Positions 1 through 8,359 of a stretch of 64,000 nt of DNA are shown piece after piece. A program made the position numbers and the translations under genes. The stretch is from positions 1 to 64,000 of IMG/VR virus record IMGVR_UViG_3300044658_000141; one strand, 5' to 3'. A model generated the notes under the pieces. That model worked only from the letters and a program-made list of their open reading frames with translations, ran no database searches and was not told the origin of the DNA. Source of the stretch: a virus. The first letter of the stretch is position 1. Each line of letters opens with the position of its first letter.

Positions 1-200
1 TGCATTTCATCGGCGTCTTTCAGATCTCCCCAGGTGATTTCAGCACCACAGGTAGGACATCCTAGTCCATCGGGTTCAGGGTCAAGAGGCGTAAATTGCC
101 CGGTACATGGTTCGTCTGGACTGTGTCCCATGACTGCTGTGTGAATCAGTTCGTCACGTTGGAGTTCAGGCAGGGCTTGCCAGTTGATTGTCTCGGTCAT
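1..200 (-). CDS. Phage protein, possibly ABA-sandwich-like (3' truncated by window)
   Basis: Manual translation MTETINWQALPELQRDELIHTAVMGH...CPTCG; open to the window edge. Confidence 0.45.
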   Translation of the reverse strand, partial: MTETINWQALPELQRDELIHTAVMGHSPDEPCTGQFTPLDPEPDGLGCPTCGAEITWGDLKDADEM

Positions 201-294
201 GATTGCCCCCAGAATCCGCCTGCGCGGAAATTGTGAAGTATGCCGCACAAGCACACCACATCTGCCAAAAACGCAAGTAGCTCCATGAAAAGAA

Positions 295-588
295 TTAATA
301 TCTCCAGGTAATCATTTGTCTCATCCACTCCAGTTCTGGCTGGGGCGACAGAAACAATTTGTATTTGTCGAGAAACCTCAAGTAATCCACAAGTGTTTGT
401 TTGTAGTCTGCCAATGCTTCGCCTTTTGTTGCACCATAGCCGAAACACATTGTATGCCCATCACTAACCGCGTAGCGCATGGGTCGGAGACGAGGACAAC
501 TATCGTTACGGCGTTCGACAGTGACGGTCACCGGGTGCGCAAATCGGCGATGGCCTGGAAGCCTGCCAAAGAGACGATGCTTTCTCAT
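295..588 (-). CDS. HicB-like fold small protein
   Basis: GYGATKGEALADYKQTL resembles the HicB G-x-T-x-x-EA motif; stop/start overlap with upstream ORF. Confidence 0.45.
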   Translation of the reverse strand: MRKHRLFGRLPGHRRFAHPVTVTVERRNDSCPRLRPMRYAVSDGHTMCFGYGATKGEALADYKQTLVDYLRFLDKYKLFLSPQPELEWMRQMITWRY

Positions 589-818
589 GGTTGCGGCTCC
601 TGCGCAAAATAAATAACATTCTCATCTTCCATCATCTGTGCGAGTTGGTGGCTCTCAAAACCGAGGCACAGCAAGTTGTAGAGTGACATCTCGTATTTGT
701 GCTCTCCTCGTTTGTTAGACAAAATGACAGTGCAGCCATTTCTATGGAACTCGAAGCGGAGTAACTGCGGCTGTGAAAGATTGGCTATGATGCGGTTAAT
801 CTCACGGTGTATGTCCAT
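585..818 (-). CDS. Hypothetical protein
   Basis: ORF track; likely start MDIHREIN after a GGAG RBS. Confidence 0.5.
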   Translation of the reverse strand: MDIHREINRIIANLSQPQLLRFEFHRNGCTVILSNKRGEHKYEMSLYNLLCLGFESHQLAQMMEDENVIYFAQEPQP

Positions 819-1185
819 GCTATTGCTCTCCTGTAAGATCGAAATTGCCAATAAGAATATTGTGCTCTATGCGCCATTGGAGCGCTAGAGCCTTTGCATT
901 TCAGGTTGGAGATTCGGTTGAATCCGCTAGACTCGTTCATCTGTGCGATTGTGCGAGATGGGACGCTGTTGCTTCATTTGTTGTTCGCGTACTGATTGCG
1001 GCAAAATGCCACCGTCAATCTGCAATGGAATATTTATTTTCACCTCTTTCTGTCCAGCCATGGCTAATTCCTAGTATTTCCCCAATTTTCGCGAAATTTT
1101 GTGTTATAATATTTGAGAGTGAGAAATGAGCAACAGTGCCAGTGGGGAGATTGGCACCGTTGCTGTTTTTTTGTCACAGAACCTC

Positions 1186-1230
1186 TGCCTGCGGAAGCCC
1201 CTGTCTTTCAAGCAGGGGAGGAAACTGGCA
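1186..1230 (+). repeat. Orphan IS200/IS605-type end hairpin
   Basis: TGCC..GGAAGCCCCTGTCTTTCAAGCAGGGGAGGAAACTGGCA, same architecture as ends at 1720 and 61455. Confidence 0.6.
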
Positions 1231-1420
1231 TTCCTATGATTGCTGCCAGTCGCCAAGCTTCCACTACTTCGCTAAATGGCGTTTGATAGTCCTGAAGCGT
1301 GCGCATCATGTGAACGAGTGCACGGAAACCGACACGCTTTTTCAGCTTCAAATCAAGCTCTTCGATCTGCTCTACCGTAAATCCCACTTCTTTTAATTTT
1401 TGTATCTCTTGAATGGTCAT
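1208..1420 (-). CDS. Hypothetical protein, ends inside the IS-end hairpin
   Basis: ORF track; AAGGG RBS upstream. Confidence 0.5.
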   Translation of the reverse strand: MTIQEIQKLKEVGFTVEQIEELDLKLKKRVGFRALVHMMRTLQDYQTPFSEVVEAWRLAAIIGMPVSSPA

Positions 1421-1485
1421 TCCCTTCTACCTTTCTGTGATTATGATTTACTGTTTTCTTCTCTTCCTGTAGTCCCACTCCTACA

Positions 1486-1700
1486 CCGTTCTCTAAAACA
1501 TGGACATTTGGGACAAGCCACAAATATCGCCTTTAGTTCCTGCTTCAACGAGAGCAGTTTCACCTTGTCCGTTGACAAGGCCAGAGCTGCTCTCTCCACA
1601 GGCGTCACTTCCCGACGAACTGCCGGTAGTTCTTAATGCTTCCTTCACAATGTTGATCGCGGCATTGAGATCGCGATCGAGAATCAGCCCTTCGCAGATT
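1486..1700 (-). pseudogene. tnpB: tnpB 3' remnant with omegaRNA/right end (IS607-like)
   Basis: Encodes GLILDRDLNAAINI (RuvC-III); ACCGGCAGTTCGTCGGGAAGTGACGCCTGTGGAGA...GAAGCAGGAA; ends TTTTAGAGAACGG. Confidence 0.75.
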
Positions 1701-1718
1701 TGGAGCGCCATCACCAAA

Positions 1719-2957
1719 CCGGCCCAGGATGCCCCCGTCATTCATGCGGGGGAGGAATGGGCCTTCCTTGTTTGGGGCTTGGGCACCGGGGTACCTTCGC
1801 CCATTGACAATATTCTTCAATAGTGCTATACTTGGGCTATGAAACAAACGATGCTTTTGAAGCTTGCTCCAACTGAAGAACAGCACCAAGCCTTGATTGA
1901 GACCATGCACGCCTTTAACGAAGCGGCGAACTATGTGGCAGACGTTGCCTATGCAGAGAAGTCTGCTAACAAGTTCGCTTTGCAGAAATTGGTGTATGGT
2001 GAGTTGCGTACCACCTACAAGCTTCCTGCTCAATTGGCTATTCGCTGCATTAGTAAAGCGGCTGAAGCCTACAAGCGGGACAAGAGCATCAAACCCTCGT
2101 TTCGACCAGAGGGAGCCATCGTCTATGACCCTCGTGTGATGGCTTTCAAGGGATTGAGTACGGTTTCCCTGACGGCACTCTCTGGACGCGTCCTGGTTCC
2201 CTTCCTTGTTGGAGGATATCAGAAGGCACGTATGGATCGTATCAAGGGGCAAGCTGATTTGCTCTATCGCAACGGGATCTTCTACCTTGCGGTAACTCTT
2301 GAGACCCCTACACCAGAACCAGGGGAGTGCTCTGAGACCCTCGGTGTAGACTTGGGCATCGTGAACCTTGCCACTGACTCCGAAGGTGAGACCTTCAGTG
2401 GTGAGGCAGTCGAGAAAAACCGTCAACGCATGTCCTCTCTTCGTCAACGCCTTCAGAAACGCGGTACCAAGTCCGCAAAAAGGCATCTCAAGAAACTCTC
2501 TGGTCGTGAGTCCAGATTCAAACGTAACACCAACCACGTCATCAGCAAACGCATTGTGCAGAAGGCCAAAGCCAACGGGCAAGCTATAGCGATTGAAGAT
2601 CTTAGGCACATCCGTACTCGTACGGAACGCACGGTTAGAAGATCTCAGCGTAGTCGCCATAGTTCCTGGTCGTTCGGTCAATTGTGTTTGTTCCTTTCCT
2701 ACAAGGCCGCTCTAGCAGGCGTACCATTGCGCGTTGTTGACCCTCGGTACACGTCCCGTACGTGCTCTGCATGTGGGCATTGCGCAAAAGAGAACCGCAA
2801 GAGTCAAGCCTCCTTCTGTTGTGTGAACTGCGGATTGTCGATGAACGCTGACATCAACGCCGCGATCAATATCTCTAGGGCTGAAGTCAAGCAGCCTATT
2901 GTCTCAACCCTCGCGGGTTAGGGACAAGCCCCGCGCATTCATGCCGGGGTTCTTGGC
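1719..2957 (+). mobile_element. IS1341-type (tnpB-only) IS200/IS605 element
   Basis: Left hairpin GGCCCA..CCCCCGTCATTCATGCGGGGG..TGGGCC (~1720-1763); right hairpin AAGCCCCGCGCATTCATGCCGGGG (~2926-2949); promoter TTGACA-17-TATACT (1804-1832). Confidence 0.85.
1839..2921 (+). CDS. tnpB: RNA-guided endonuclease TnpB
   Basis: GVDLG / AIEDL / NADINAAINI RuvC triad; CSACG..CVNCG zinc ribbon. Confidence 0.95.
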   Translation: MKQTMLLKLAPTEEQHQALIETMHAFNEAANYVADVAYAEKSANKFALQKLVYGELRTTYKLPAQLAIRCISKAAEAYKRDKSIKPSFRPEGAIVYDPRVMAFKGLSTVSLTALSGRVLVPFLVGGYQKARMDRIKGQADLLYRNGIFYLAVTLETPTPEPGECSETLGVDLGIVNLATDSEGETFSGEAVEKNRQRMSSLRQRLQKRGTKSAKRHLKKLSGRESRFKRNTNHVISKRIVQKAKANGQAIAIEDLRHIRTRTERTVRRSQRSRHSSWSFGQLCLFLSYKAALAGVPLRVVDPRYTSRTCSACGHCAKENRKSQASFCCVNCGLSMNADINAAINISRAEVKQPIVSTLAG

Positions 2958-3055
2958 GCACACGCTCCAAATCATCAGTGCTATATAAAAGTGACTGCGT
3001 GATAGAAGATCGAATCCGCGCGCAAGCATAACGAGTCCCAGCGCAATCAGGACGA

Positions 3056-3289
3056 TCACCACGGCGACTCCTGCTCGGCTTGGCATTCCTGGCAATTGGC
3101 TGCAAATGGCATCTCTGGCCAATCCAACGGATTCGATGAAGTTTCTTCCGTCGGAAAGATCGATTGGACCTGTAGCATCTCATCGGCCTGCCGCCAAGTA
3201 TCGCGGCAGCCTTTCAGATATGCGCCCCAGACTGCAAGGAGCACGAACGAAAAAATCGTCAGGAGCGCAGTAACATCGTAATGGCTCAT
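3056..3289 (-). CDS. Small membrane protein
   Basis: N-terminal hydrophobic helix; 4-bp overlap with upstream ORF. Confidence 0.45.
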   Translation of the reverse strand: MSHYDVTALLTIFSFVLLAVWGAYLKGCRDTWRQADEMLQVQSIFPTEETSSNPLDWPEMPFAANCQECQAEQESPW

Positions 3290-3546
3290 GAGAGTTGTAC
3301 ACTCTCTTTCTGAGCATCCAGTACAGCCTGCTCAAATGCGCGTCGGTACTGTTGGCCTTTTTCAGTGACGATGTAGTGACCATCCTCCCATTTCAGAAGG
3401 CCCCTACTAACCAAAATGGCCAGGTCGTTGAGCGCGTCCTGCTCGGTCATAACAGGAAACAGGACAAGAAGCGGACATGGAGCGGTTGTGTCCGCTTCGC
3501 GAATTTTAGCGAACACATCAAATTCGCCATCATAATTGTAGTCCAT
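3286..3546 (-). CDS. Winged-helix-like small protein
   Basis: LVSRGLLKWEDGHYIVTEKG wing motif; AAGGA RBS. Confidence 0.55.
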   Translation of the reverse strand: MDYNYDGEFDVFAKIREADTTAPCPLLVLFPVMTEQDALNDLAILVSRGLLKWEDGHYIVTEKGQQYRRAFEQAVLDAQKESVQLS

Positions 3547-3620
3547 AACATATACATCCTTTTATGCGTCTTTTCTCTCCACAGGCTGATACAACTGCGA
3601 GTCCCGCAGCCAACACATTT

Positions 3621-3818
3621 TTAAAGGAACGCGCCTTCTATCCCCGTGTCTGAAGACAGGGGTTTGACGGCGCGGTTTGATAAGAGACGAAGCATCTCCC
3701 GCTCTGTAATTAAACCTTCCTCCAGATATTCCTCCAGTTCAGCCACCAGGAGAATATTCCTCAATATCCGTACAAGCCGTTGCATCGCCGTCATTGGTTG
3801 TGGCATGGTAGTGTTCAC
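3621..3818 (-). CDS. Hypothetical protein
   Basis: Coupled to the excisionase-like gene (GTGA overlap). Confidence 0.5.
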   Translation of the reverse strand: MNTTMPQPMTAMQRLVRILRNILLVAELEEYLEEGLITEREMLRLLSNRAVKPLSSDTGIEGAFL

Positions 3819-4015
3819 AGCACTGCCCCCAGTAAAGTATCAAGAGTAGATTTTCTCACACGATAAGATTGGCGTTTCTTCGCATGAGGTAGAGCAATCG
3901 CCTCTAGCGCGCCGCTCTTGATCCAACGGCGGACCGTGGTATCATCCACTCGTAAATGACGTGCGACTTCGCGGACGGTCAGAAGTTCATTGTTTTGCTG
4001 TTTTTTGTGTTTCAT
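3815..4015 (-). CDS. Excisionase/HTH_17-type DNA-binding protein
   Basis: LLTVREVARHLRVDDTTVRRWIKSG...YRV; AAGGA RBS before MKHKK. Confidence 0.85.
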   Translation of the reverse strand: MKHKKQQNNELLTVREVARHLRVDDTTVRRWIKSGALEAIALPHAKKRQSYRVRKSTLDTLLGAVL

Positions 4016-4220
4016 TGTGTGTTTTCCTTCGTTTTCATTTTTAATGTTGGCATCGGCTGAGTGCAATTCATTTGTAAAACGACTGCCTGATGTATCGTTG
4101 TCAGGAGTGATATATCCTCATCCTGGTTTGAGAACGAAGATGATGGTACGTCTAACCCAATCAGGCTATGAATGAGCCTGGAACAATCTAGCCCTGATCG
4201 TGGAATAAGATACCCCTGTT

Positions 4221-4685
4221 TTAAGCATCGCTGCATTCAACTTCATCTCCCATTCGCGAATCAAAATCCACGATAACATTTGTATCTTTTAGGTAGAAGA
4301 TTGTGGTGATTAGTCCCTCTTTTTCAAGAGAAATAATGTTATGTGGACTTATTCGTATTTTTCGCGGTAAATATTTTTTGTGTTGATAATAGCTTAATAG
4401 TTTTTTTTGTACCCTTTTTTTTATGGTATAGGCATCATCTTCCTCTTCTATCTGTCTGCTTGATTGGTTGGCTTCTTGTGTAATCATGTTCATGTCAAGG
4501 TCTCCTGTGTTTGGGTGTACCGTTGGAATGCGAAAGGTTGGCTGTAAATCTACTGGAATTGGAATAGATGGAGGCGTAATCACTCCAGGATGAGAGGTCA
4601 TAACTTCCAGACGATTGAGAGAAGCCTGAAATTGTCTCAAGAAAGCACGCTGACGAATTGAGGGCCACCAGACTGGATAAAACAT
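4221..4685 (-). CDS. Hypothetical protein
   Basis: 154-aa ORF with AAGGGG RBS. Confidence 0.55.
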   Translation of the reverse strand: MFYPVWWPSIRQRAFLRQFQASLNRLEVMTSHPGVITPPSIPIPVDLQPTFRIPTVHPNTGDLDMNMITQEANQSSRQIEEEDDAYTIKKRVQKKLLSYYQHKKYLPRKIRISPHNIISLEKEGLITTIFYLKDTNVIVDFDSRMGDEVECSDA

Positions 4686-4952
4686 GGATTTCCCCTTCTG
4701 CTACACATCTCCAGGCGTTCCTTCGTCTAGGGATCTGGCTCAACAACGATGTTTAAGAATAGAACACCCAGTACTTTTCTCGGCAGAGAAGCGAACAAGG
4801 AACCACGGCGTTATAACTAATGAATGAAGGCTCATCAATAGGAACACCGTCATGGTATACTATCGTTGTTACAACAACGTAGATAAGTAAGTATAGTTTA
4901 GTAATCCTAAAGATGTCAAGTAGCAGTTTAATCAAATTTTAAGAAAGGGTCA

Positions 4953-5348
4953 TTGATGATCAGTAGTGAAAAGCAGCTTTCTTTTTTTGAGGCATTTGCT
5001 CTGGTGGTGCGTAAATCGGGATTGTCTCACGCAGAAATCGCACGTAGAGCCAATGAACAGGTCAGAAAGATGATTGCTGCCATACCTGAGCCAACAGAGC
5101 GAATGCTAGCAGAAATCGCGATGCGGAAACTTCATCGTGCTACTATTAGCCGTGCGGTGAAAGGTGAGTCAAGTATTAGCGAGCAAACGCTTTTGCGTAT
5201 TTCGCTTGGATTGCAACTTGACGAAGATACTTATCGTTGGCTAGAGGACCTCCGCAAAGAGGAGCCATATGTAAATCATTCGTCTCAGACACCAGCGATT
5301 ATCAATCCTGATGGTGAGCAGTTGCCATCCTGGATGTTTAACAATTAA
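4953..5348 (+). CDS. XRE-type HTH regulator
   Basis: GLSHAEIARRA...LHRATISRAVKGE. Confidence 0.7.
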   Translation: MMISSEKQLSFFEAFALVVRKSGLSHAEIARRANEQVRKMIAAIPEPTERMLAEIAMRKLHRATISRAVKGESSISEQTLLRISLGLQLDEDTYRWLEDLRKEEPYVNHSSQTPAIINPDGEQLPSWMFNN

Positions 5349-5375
5349 TTGAAGAAAGGCAGGTGCGCTACAACA

Positions 5376-5849
5376 ATGTTTGATTCCCCATTAGCGGGGA
5401 AGACGCAACAAAAAAAAGGAAATCTCAATCGCTTTGGAAGATGGATGCAGACATTGAATATCCTTTTGCAGACGAATATGTCTGATATGGCCGAACGGGC
5501 TGGCGTCAGCGATGGTGCCATTTCGCTGGCCACGCATGGAAAAGGCGGGGCCAAACGCGAAACGGTCTTGTTGCTGGCTGAGAGTTATCGCAAATTGGCT
5601 GAAAAAAAAGGAGTTATCCTCCCTGTCGCCTGGGAATTGTTTTTTAGTGTTTCTTGGTTTGATGTAGGCGAGGTAATCGATGGCGCCGATCAATCACTAG
5701 AATCTTTAGAGCAAAGAGCAAATCTTATCCAAGAATGTAACTCATTGAGAAAAGAACTCTCAAAAGAAAAAGCCAGAAAGGAGGAATTAGTAAAAGAAAA
5801 TCGTATCTTAAGGCGCGAACTCAGGCGATTGCAGAACAGAGACGCGTAG
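5376..5849 (+). CDS. XRE-type HTH regulator with C-terminal coiled coil
   Basis: MSDMAERAGVSDGAISLATHG; C-terminal heptad repeats. Confidence 0.7.
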   Translation: MFDSPLAGKTQQKKGNLNRFGRWMQTLNILLQTNMSDMAERAGVSDGAISLATHGKGGAKRETVLLLAESYRKLAEKKGVILPVAWELFFSVSWFDVGEVIDGADQSLESLEQRANLIQECNSLRKELSKEKARKEELVKENRILRRELRRLQNRDA

Positions 5850-5933
5850 TCCAAATGAGCAAAGAGACTACGCTGTCTCCGAGAATATTGACCTACAAAA
5901 CAATAATAACGTCTTCCTCCGAAAATGTAAAGT

Positions 5934-5967
5934 AGGGCCGCTCCTCATGCGGGTTAGCGGCCTTTTT
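5934..5967 (+). terminator. Rho-independent terminator
   Basis: GGCCGCT..AGCGGCC followed by TTTTT. Confidence 0.6.
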
Positions 5968-6180
5968 ACATTTTGCAACCGAATAATTTGCACTACAATA
6001 TACGATACATGTATCAACATTGTGGAACTACAATGTTAGCATTTGAACGTCAGTTGATCGTGTCCGCATCTTTTGTCAGATCACATCGTATGGCTTCAGC
6101 AAAAGATGGTTGGCCTGTGTATCCCTCGAAGACGCCTTCTTTGTACCAGGAGAACAAGACCATCGGTATTTCATCTTGCC

Positions 6181-6228
6181 GTTGACTTACTCCCCATGCC
6201 TAAAGGGCAAGGGGTTTTACGGGCCGGG
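6181..6228 (-). repeat. Mini IS200/IS605 relic (fused left/right end)
   Basis: CCGGCCCGTAAAACCCCTTGCCCTTTAGGCATGGGGAGTAAGTCAAC. Confidence 0.7.
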
Positions 6229-6639
6229 TCAGATAAGCTGTCTTTCCAGTTCCAATGCCCTGATATCACTAAGATTTTCGTGTACCTTGGTGGCAATAAC
6301 TTTTTCACCGGCAGCCCAGATTTCACGGATGATATTGCACTTTTGAGATGGAACCCCTTTCTTAGCCTCTCTAGCGTGATCGCGCATGCGCTCGCCCATC
6401 CCCTTGCCTACATAGAAAATTCTCCCTCCCATCGACTCAGGATAAGCCAATGTATATACATAGGATGGGCCGGTAGAAGTACTATTCGTTTTGTGTTCTA
6501 TCGCGTCATTGACGGTTTTTTGAACAAAGGCTTCGATATTCTGTAATGTGGGGCTTGTCCCCTGTCGTACTAGTTCCTGAATGCACCAATCAAATTTTTT
6601 ATCTGAGAGCGTCACGCTAACAGTAATAGTTGTTGTCAC
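6229..6639 (-). pseudogene. GIY-YIG nuclease, probably C-terminally truncated
   Basis: YVYTL..IFYVGKG..RMRDH..ALELERQLI, then a stop at the IS relic before the expected conserved Asn. Confidence 0.65.
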
Positions 6640-6666
6640 TTACTTACTCCTCTTGCAAACCCATAT

Positions 6667-6688
6667 AATACCACTTCTTAATGGTATT
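6667..6688. promoter_or_regulatory. Palindromic operator AATACCA-N8-TGGTATT within the minus-strand promoter TTGTAA-17-TATTAT
   Basis: Exact half-sites, repeated at 7144-7165. Confidence 0.7.
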
Positions 6689-6710
6689 TACAAGAGGGAT
6701 AGCGGTGGAT

Positions 6711-7061
6711 TTAAGCTGACTTTTGGTAGGTTCGCTTATGGCGCTTGACAAACTCGACGCGCCAGCGGTAGTACAGATTTGCCGTACCGATAGCAGGAAC
6801 AGGGGCGGGTGTTAGCCATCCCTGTCTTACAAGATCTGGTAGCTTTCTCGTATCTACATTCAGTTCTGCTGCTACTTGCTTAGGTGATAACAAATCAAAG
6901 GAAGATTTGCCCAGACCTTCTATGATTTCAGATCTGTATCTATCTAAGAGCCCAGGCACTTTTTGTACTATGTGCTTGTCTCGTTCTTTCTGCATAGCGT
7001 TCTCCTTCACTTCTCGTTCTTTCTGCATAGCGTTCTCCTTCACTTCTCGTTCTTTCTGCAT
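6711..7061 (-). CDS. HTH (MerR/Xis-like) DNA-binding protein
   Basis: LLSPKQVAAELNVDTRKLPDLVRQGWL...LYYRWRV; three tandem RBS+ATG starts. Confidence 0.7.
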   Translation of the reverse strand: MQKEREVKENAMQKEREVKENAMQKERDKHIVQKVPGLLDRYRSEIIEGLGKSSFDLLSPKQVAAELNVDTRKLPDLVRQGWLTPAPVPAIGTANLYYRWRVEFVKRHKRTYQKSA

Positions 7062-7077
7062 AGCGTTCTCCTTCACT
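6979..7077 (-). repeat. 3 x 33-bp perfect tandem repeat containing RBS and start codon
   Basis: Unit AGTGAAGGAGAACGCTATGCAGAAAGAACGAGA. Confidence 0.95.
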
Positions 7078-7100
7078 GTCATTTTCGGGAACGAATTTAG

Positions 7101-7167
7101 AATACCACGAAGAAATGGAAAATTCAATAGGAAAACGCTTGACAATACCATCAAGCTATGGTATTAT
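7101..7167. promoter_or_regulatory. Divergent promoters, each overlapping an AATACCA-N8-TGG operator
   Basis: Plus strand TTGACA-17-TATTAT (7139-7167); minus strand TTGAAT-17-TATTCT (~7099-7127). Confidence 0.7.
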
Positions 7168-7251
7168 ACACACATCGAACGAAACAAAAAACGCGACTCA
7201 CCGGAACCGTCACAAGTGCAGGTGAATCGCCTACCAAATGGAGATGAAACC

Positions 7252-7758
7252 ATGGTAACTCAAAACAAAAAATCAAGCAAGACCAAAGAGCTAACGCTCG
7301 TAGCTATTTACAAGTTCAAGTGCAACAAGAAATTCAACGGTACTCGTTGTTATCTCCTGCGCAATGCAGACGGCAAAGAGTATCAGGTGTGGACGCACGA
7401 GAATGGCTGTGCTAGCCATTGCGATTGTGACGGTTTCACCAAGAGCCACGGCAAGCGCAGGTGCTACCACATCAAGAGTGTTGAGGCTCGTGAAGCCGCA
7501 GCAATGCTCTTACGCGACTTCCCAGCCATGAAGACGACTGACTCTGCCAACATGCCGCAGGTAGAGAATGGTGTGCGCAACGTCAACATGCCGCAGGTAG
7601 AGAATGGTGTGCGCAACGTCAACATGGACTGGCTACTTGGCGGATGTGGTCGTCGCGGAACGTTCGCCGGTCGGGGAACAGCCGTATCTCTTTGGAGCAG
7701 AAAAGAAGTGAGCGTGAGCAATGCCGTAACAGGCGGCCAAGTTGACCAGGCAAGCTGA
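7252..7758 (+). CDS. SWIM zinc-finger protein
   Basis: HCDCDGF...RRCYHIKSV (CxC-n-CxH); GGAG RBS. Confidence 0.75.
   Translation: MVTQNKKSSKTKELTLVAIYKFKCNKKFNGTRCYLLRNADGKEYQVWTHENGCASHCDCDGFTKSHGKRRCYHIKSVEAREAAAMLLRDFPAMKTTDSANMPQVENGVRNVNMPQVENGVRNVNMDWLLGGCGRRGTFAGRGTAVSLWSRKEVSVSNAVTGGQVDQAS
7548..7626 (+). repeat. 2.2 x 36-bp in-frame tandem repeat (NMPQVENGVRNV)
   Basis: CAACATGCCGCAGGTAGAGAATGGTGTGCGCAACGT x2 plus CAACATG. Confidence 0.95.
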
Positions 7759-7804
7759 GACGTTGGAGCAAGAGGCATACGGCTCAAACAAACTGGAGGA
7801 TGAG

Positions 7805-8050
7805 ATGTTTACCTACAAATCCGAAAAACTGATCTGGACCTGCAACACCATTTTTGAGTGTCCTGAGTCCCCAACCGGACACGCTCTGCGCGTTACAGCT
7901 TCACCTATAGATCAGCCTGCTACCCGCTACATCGCAGACGAGCCGGTCAATCCAGCAGACGGAGATGATCAAGCTCGCGCAACGTTCGCGGCGATGGACC
8001 GGATACGGAAGTATCATGCAGCAAAGAAGGAAACACATGAGACGAAGTGA
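7805..8050 (+). CDS. Hypothetical protein
   Basis: GGAGG RBS before MFTYKSEK. Confidence 0.55.
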   Translation: MFTYKSEKLIWTCNTIFECPESPTGHALRVTASPIDQPATRYIADEPVNPADGDDQARATFAAMDRIRKYHAAKKETHETK

Positions 8051-8291
8051 AGAGTTTGATCGCTGGAAGATAACGTCTGTCTATGCTGACTCTTATATTA
8101 GGCAGCGTGCAGACATCCAGCAACAAAGTTATGCTGTCGTGTGTTCACAGTGCAAGTGGTCCCAGACAGCAGAGACGCCAGATCAAGCCATTGAAGATGC
8201 TAAAGACTATGGTTGGAGGATTAAGAATGGTGTTCCTGTCTGTGACTCGTGTTTAGCAGGCAAAGAGCATGGCATGTATGAGACCGAGTAG
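8037..8291 (+). CDS. Zinc-ribbon protein
   Basis: CSQC...GW...CDSC; AAGGA RBS. Confidence 0.6.
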   Translation: MRRSEEFDRWKITSVYADSYIRQRADIQQQSYAVVCSQCKWSQTAETPDQAIEDAKDYGWRIKNGVPVCDSCLAGKEHGMYETE

Positions 8292-8359
8292 TTTAATCGT
8301 AGCGAGAAAGAATAGTAGCAGGACAGGTTATCATCCTGTCCTGCAGGAGAAGAAAAACG

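Noticed and set aside
295-851. HicAB toxin-antitoxin pair
   Set aside because: Neighbour lacks a recognisable HicA motif; HicB similarity itself is weak
1491-1499. GTTTTAGAG (minus strand) resembling a type II CRISPR repeat start
   Set aside because: Single copy; explained as part of the IS607-like right end
1605-2681. 358-aa minus-strand ORF, and similar long antisense ORFs such as 42035-42706 and 6073-6546
   Set aside because: Shadow frames of clear genes on the opposite strand
1697-2974. 11-bp inverted repeat GATTTGGAGCG/CGCTCCAAATC flanking the tnpB element, as an invertible segment or self-target
   Set aside because: Short, not at the element ends or guide seed; may be chance
6979-7626. 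33-bp and 36-bp repeats as a CRISPR array
   Set aside because: Head-to-tail units without spacers, in frame within genes; no cas genes
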